Shown here: piece after piece, positions 61,390-64,000 of the stretch | Numbering within the stretch: position 1 is the first letter of the stretch | How the letters are laid out: every line of letters starts with the position of its first letter | DNA from: Abditibacteriota bacterium | GTDB taxonomy: Bacteria > Armatimonadota > UBA5829 | Length of the DNA: 64,000 bases | Reading direction: 5' to 3' | NCBI GenBank assembly: GCA_942493375.1 | Contig: OW818698.1 | Span: 5,032,568 to 5,096,567, forward strand | Notes under the pieces: model-generated | The model's input: only the letters and a program-made list of their open reading frames with translations | Told to the model about the DNA's origin: nothing | Database searches by the model: none | Program-made: the position numbers and the translations under genes

Positions 61390-61758
61390 TTTATTCTTTC
61401 TCCTTGAGGTCTCTGTGTGCGTTTGCAACATTTGAGGCATCCTGCACATAATATATCATGCCCAATTCATACAAGATTCAACCTTGACTCACTTATATTT
61501 TCAAAATATCACGAATTATTTGCTAATATCTTAGTATGTCTGAACAATAAGGTCGGTTGCACGTATAATAATGGAACATGTATGTGATTTGTTGTGGAAG
61601 AAAGGCATGTGTTTTCGGGGTAATTTGGCTCGAAATACTATGAAGATTTGATCAGGATTGTTGCTTGTAGTATGCGATTTGGTTGATAAGGTTGCCGGAA
61701 TCCTGTCGTCATTGACAGGATTCCGGACACTTTGCCTGCAAACACCAGGCTCTTTGTC

Positions 61759-62817
61759 TTACTGATTGTTATATGCGTTGTCCATAGCGCCAGGTGTGGT
61801 GTCAACGAAAGCGGCATCCTGCATAAGGAGTATTCCGAACGCGGTTCCTGCTGCAACCTGGACGTCTCTGCCGACTGCTGGCTTAGCCTGCTTTTGTCCG
61901 TAGAAGTATCCAGCAGCTGCTCCCAGTAAAGTTCCAAGGAATGCCTTTTTGCCGATGACTTCGCCGATGACAAGTCCTGCTCCTGCTCCATAAGCAATGA
62001 ACTTGCTGTCAGCTTTACCCGATGTAGATTTACCGGTAAGTCTGCCAGTGTCTGCGTCTGTGCTGACACTGGATTCATCCAGAGATGTCAACCGGCCAGT
62101 GATCGGGATCCGTGAACCGTCAGGCAGCTTGGCGCTGACGAAGTTGACGCCTATCTGTCCAGCTACTTTGCCGGATGCTCTTGAAACCGATACCACTCTG
62201 CCGGTAAATATGGTCTGCTCAGGGAATCCGCTGGCATTAGTACCCTCTTGATGAGCATAGAATGTGCCGCCGACTCTGCTGGTAGCTGAGCTTAATGATT
62301 TGTCGAGAACGACTGGGATTACAGTGTCTCTCGGGACAACTATATGGGCGTCTGTTGTTGAAACCTCGTGATATACCTGAGCATCAACATTCTGTGCATA
62401 AGGTGTGCCATCACTTGGTTGATAAAGACTCTTGACTCCAGGAAGTGCAACGGCCAGACGGCGTGCCCAGGTGTTGGCCAGTTCTTCGGTTGTGGTCATG
62501 TTAGCCCGTGCATCAGCAGGAGTAACAGTCATGAAGAAGTTGTTGTCTGCGTAGATATTGGCATCATTGCCATATTTTCTGACTGTAAACACTGGTGTGT
62601 TGCTGGTGTCTGAGACAAGTGCATTAGCACGAAGCTGCAATGCATTGACTCTCTGAGAAGCTGAGTATCCACCGGCATCATTGCGTATCCGGAGAACAGG
62701 AGAGTTAGCCAGCCAGACCTGCCGGCTGTCCGTCGCTGCCAATACAGATGAGACTGAGAACATGGTTAGTATTGCCATGATTGTGATTAGTACTTTAGGT
62801 GTTGTGTTCGTTTTCAT
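61759..62817 (-). CDS. Secreted 'VWLANSP'-module plus glycine-zipper protein (family paralog).
   Basis: Start moved to MKTNTTPKVLITIMAILTMFSVSSVLA. C-terminus GAGAGLVIGEVIGKKAFLGTLLGAAAG. Confidence 0.6.
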   Translation of the reverse strand: MKTNTTPKVLITIMAILTMFSVSSVLAATDSRQVWLANSPVLRIRNDAGGYSASQRVNALQLRANALVSDTSNTPVFTVRKYGNDANIYADNNFFMTVTPADARANMTTTEELANTWARRLAVALPGVKSLYQPSDGTPYAQNVDAQVYHEVSTTDAHIVVPRDTVIPVVLDKSLSSATSRVGGTFYAHQEGTNASGFPEQTIFTGRVVSVSRASGKVAGQIGVNFVSAKLPDGSRIPITGRLTSLDESSVSTDADTGRLTGKSTSGKADSKFIAYGAGAGLVIGEVIGKKAFLGTLLGAAAGYFYGQKQAKPAVGRDVQVAAGTAFGILLMQDAAFVDTTPGAMDNAYNNQ

Positions 62818-62905
62818 TTTGATTCCTCTAAAGCATTCTAAATGCTTGTATCTGTGAATACCGGAGTCTTGTTTGTTTGCAAGACTCCGGATTATCAATT
62901 CCATG

Positions 62906-63895
62906 CTACTTGTCAATTATAGATTGATTGGATGTATCGGCAAGGGTGACTTGCTGGTCTAGAAGTATTCCGATCCCAGTGCCGGATGAGATATGAACAT
63001 TCCTGCCGACAGCTGGTCGGATACTCTGCTTGTTGTATTGATTGTATGTATCAGCGCCAAGAACTGCGCCAAGAAAGGGACGGTTACCAATAGGTTGACC
63101 TATTGCCAGTCCTGCTCCGGCTCCGGAAGCTACAAACTTACTGTTTGCACTTCGAGAACCCGCTGTGGCGATCAGTCTTCCTGAACTGGAGTCTATCATT
63201 ACGCTCTGGTCGTCCAGCGAAATCAGTCGTCCTTTAATTGGTAATCGGGTGCCGTCGAGTAATTTGGCGTTTACAAAGCTTATGCCAATCTGCCCGGCTC
63301 TTCTTCCGGAAGCCTTTGTTACAGACTCAACCCTGCCGGTGAATCTGGTGTCCATAGGGAATCCACTGTTAATACCCTGTTGGTATGCATAGAAGTTGTC
63401 GCCGACTTTACTTGTCGAAGAACTGAGGGAATTGTCCATATTGACCCGGATAACAGTGTTCCTTGGGATGTCCAAATGACTCAGTTTAACTCCGCTAGGT
63501 TGGTAGAGGCTAATAACCGCCGGAATAACATTGTTCAATCGTGCAATATAGGCTGTTGCCAGCTTTGCAGAAGTTGTCCCGTGATCTCTGGCGTCCTGGT
63601 TGGTTACTGTCATTAGAAATTCTTTGTCTGCATAGATGTTGCTATCCTTGCCGGACTTCATTATTGTAAAGGTTGGAGTGTTCTTGCCGAATGGTAGGAG
63701 ATCGTTAGCTCGCAGCTGTAGGTCATTGACTCTCTGTTCAACCGAATATCCGCCTGCATCATTCAGAACTGTCAAGATAGGAGAATTAGCCAGCCAAACC
63801 TGCCGGATGTCTGCAGTCCACGCAGACGAACCCAATAACATGGTCGCTAGAACCATTAGAGTAGTAAATGCTGTTGAAGATACATTCCTGTTCAT
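62906..63895 (-). CDS. Secreted 'VWLANSP'-module plus glycine-zipper protein (family paralog).
   Basis: Signal peptide. N-terminus ADIRQVWLANSPILTVLNDAGGYSVEQRVNDLQLRAN. C-terminus ASGAGAGLAIGQPIGNRPFLGAVLGA. Confidence 0.6.
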   Translation of the reverse strand: MNRNVSSTAFTTLMVLATMLLGSSAWTADIRQVWLANSPILTVLNDAGGYSVEQRVNDLQLRANDLLPFGKNTPTFTIMKSGKDSNIYADKEFLMTVTNQDARDHGTTSAKLATAYIARLNNVIPAVISLYQPSGVKLSHLDIPRNTVIRVNMDNSLSSSTSKVGDNFYAYQQGINSGFPMDTRFTGRVESVTKASGRRAGQIGISFVNAKLLDGTRLPIKGRLISLDDQSVMIDSSSGRLIATAGSRSANSKFVASGAGAGLAIGQPIGNRPFLGAVLGADTYNQYNKQSIRPAVGRNVHISSGTGIGILLDQQVTLADTSNQSIIDK

Positions 63896-64000
63896 TTCAA
63901 TACCTCCATAAGGTATTTTTAAATGTTTACGGCTGCGTTTGAATGTAGTCCGTATGTTGAATCCAATTTTCTGTTCTAGAAGTCCATCGTTTATCCCTGA

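Overview
This 64 kb window comes from a bacterial chromosome, probably an uncultivated or poorly characterised lineage. Many genes start at TTG after a GGAGG ribosome-binding site, and many products are secreted.

Most of 0-39 kb is a carbohydrate-utilisation-type locus. It carries a LacI-family regulator, an MFS permease and about ten predicted secreted glycoside-hydrolase-like proteins. One of these (1248..4103) carries GH20-like catalytic motifs. Six others share a GH20b/DUF4838-like N-terminal core: a distant copy at 5515..7740 and five tandem paralogs at 20772..35398, which share roughly 65-75% identity with each other.

The tandem array is interrupted twice. An AT-rich hypothetical gene (23216..23845) sits between paralogs 1 and 2. 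An AbiEi/AbiEii toxin-antitoxin/abortive-infection pair (31322..33042) sits between paralogs 4 and 5. Downstream of that pair, paralog 5 has lost its signal peptide.

A family of short inverted-repeat elements with the core GTCATCCTGAGGAACGAAGGATC occurs at five or more intergenic sites. A divergent relative lies at 7800..7876.

Other content:
- a P-type cation ATPase, plus an N-terminal fragment of a second one
- a zinc-ribbon protein
- an OmpR-type two-component system
- a 1274 aa CheB-CheR-PAS-GAF-PP2C fusion protein, with a stand-alone CheB domain nearby
- an AT-rich block of membrane and DUF4139 proteins
- a truncated DUF1016/YhcG nuclease
- at 55.6-64 kb, a minus-strand cell-surface cluster: an HlyD-like adaptor, a collagen-like protein, two copper-amine-oxidase-N 'stalk' domain proteins, and four paralogs (three here, one at 13.1 kb) that pair a shared N-terminal module with either a glycine-zipper or a stalk C-terminus

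No rRNA gene, tRNA gene or CRISPR array was seen. All family assignments come from motif reading only.
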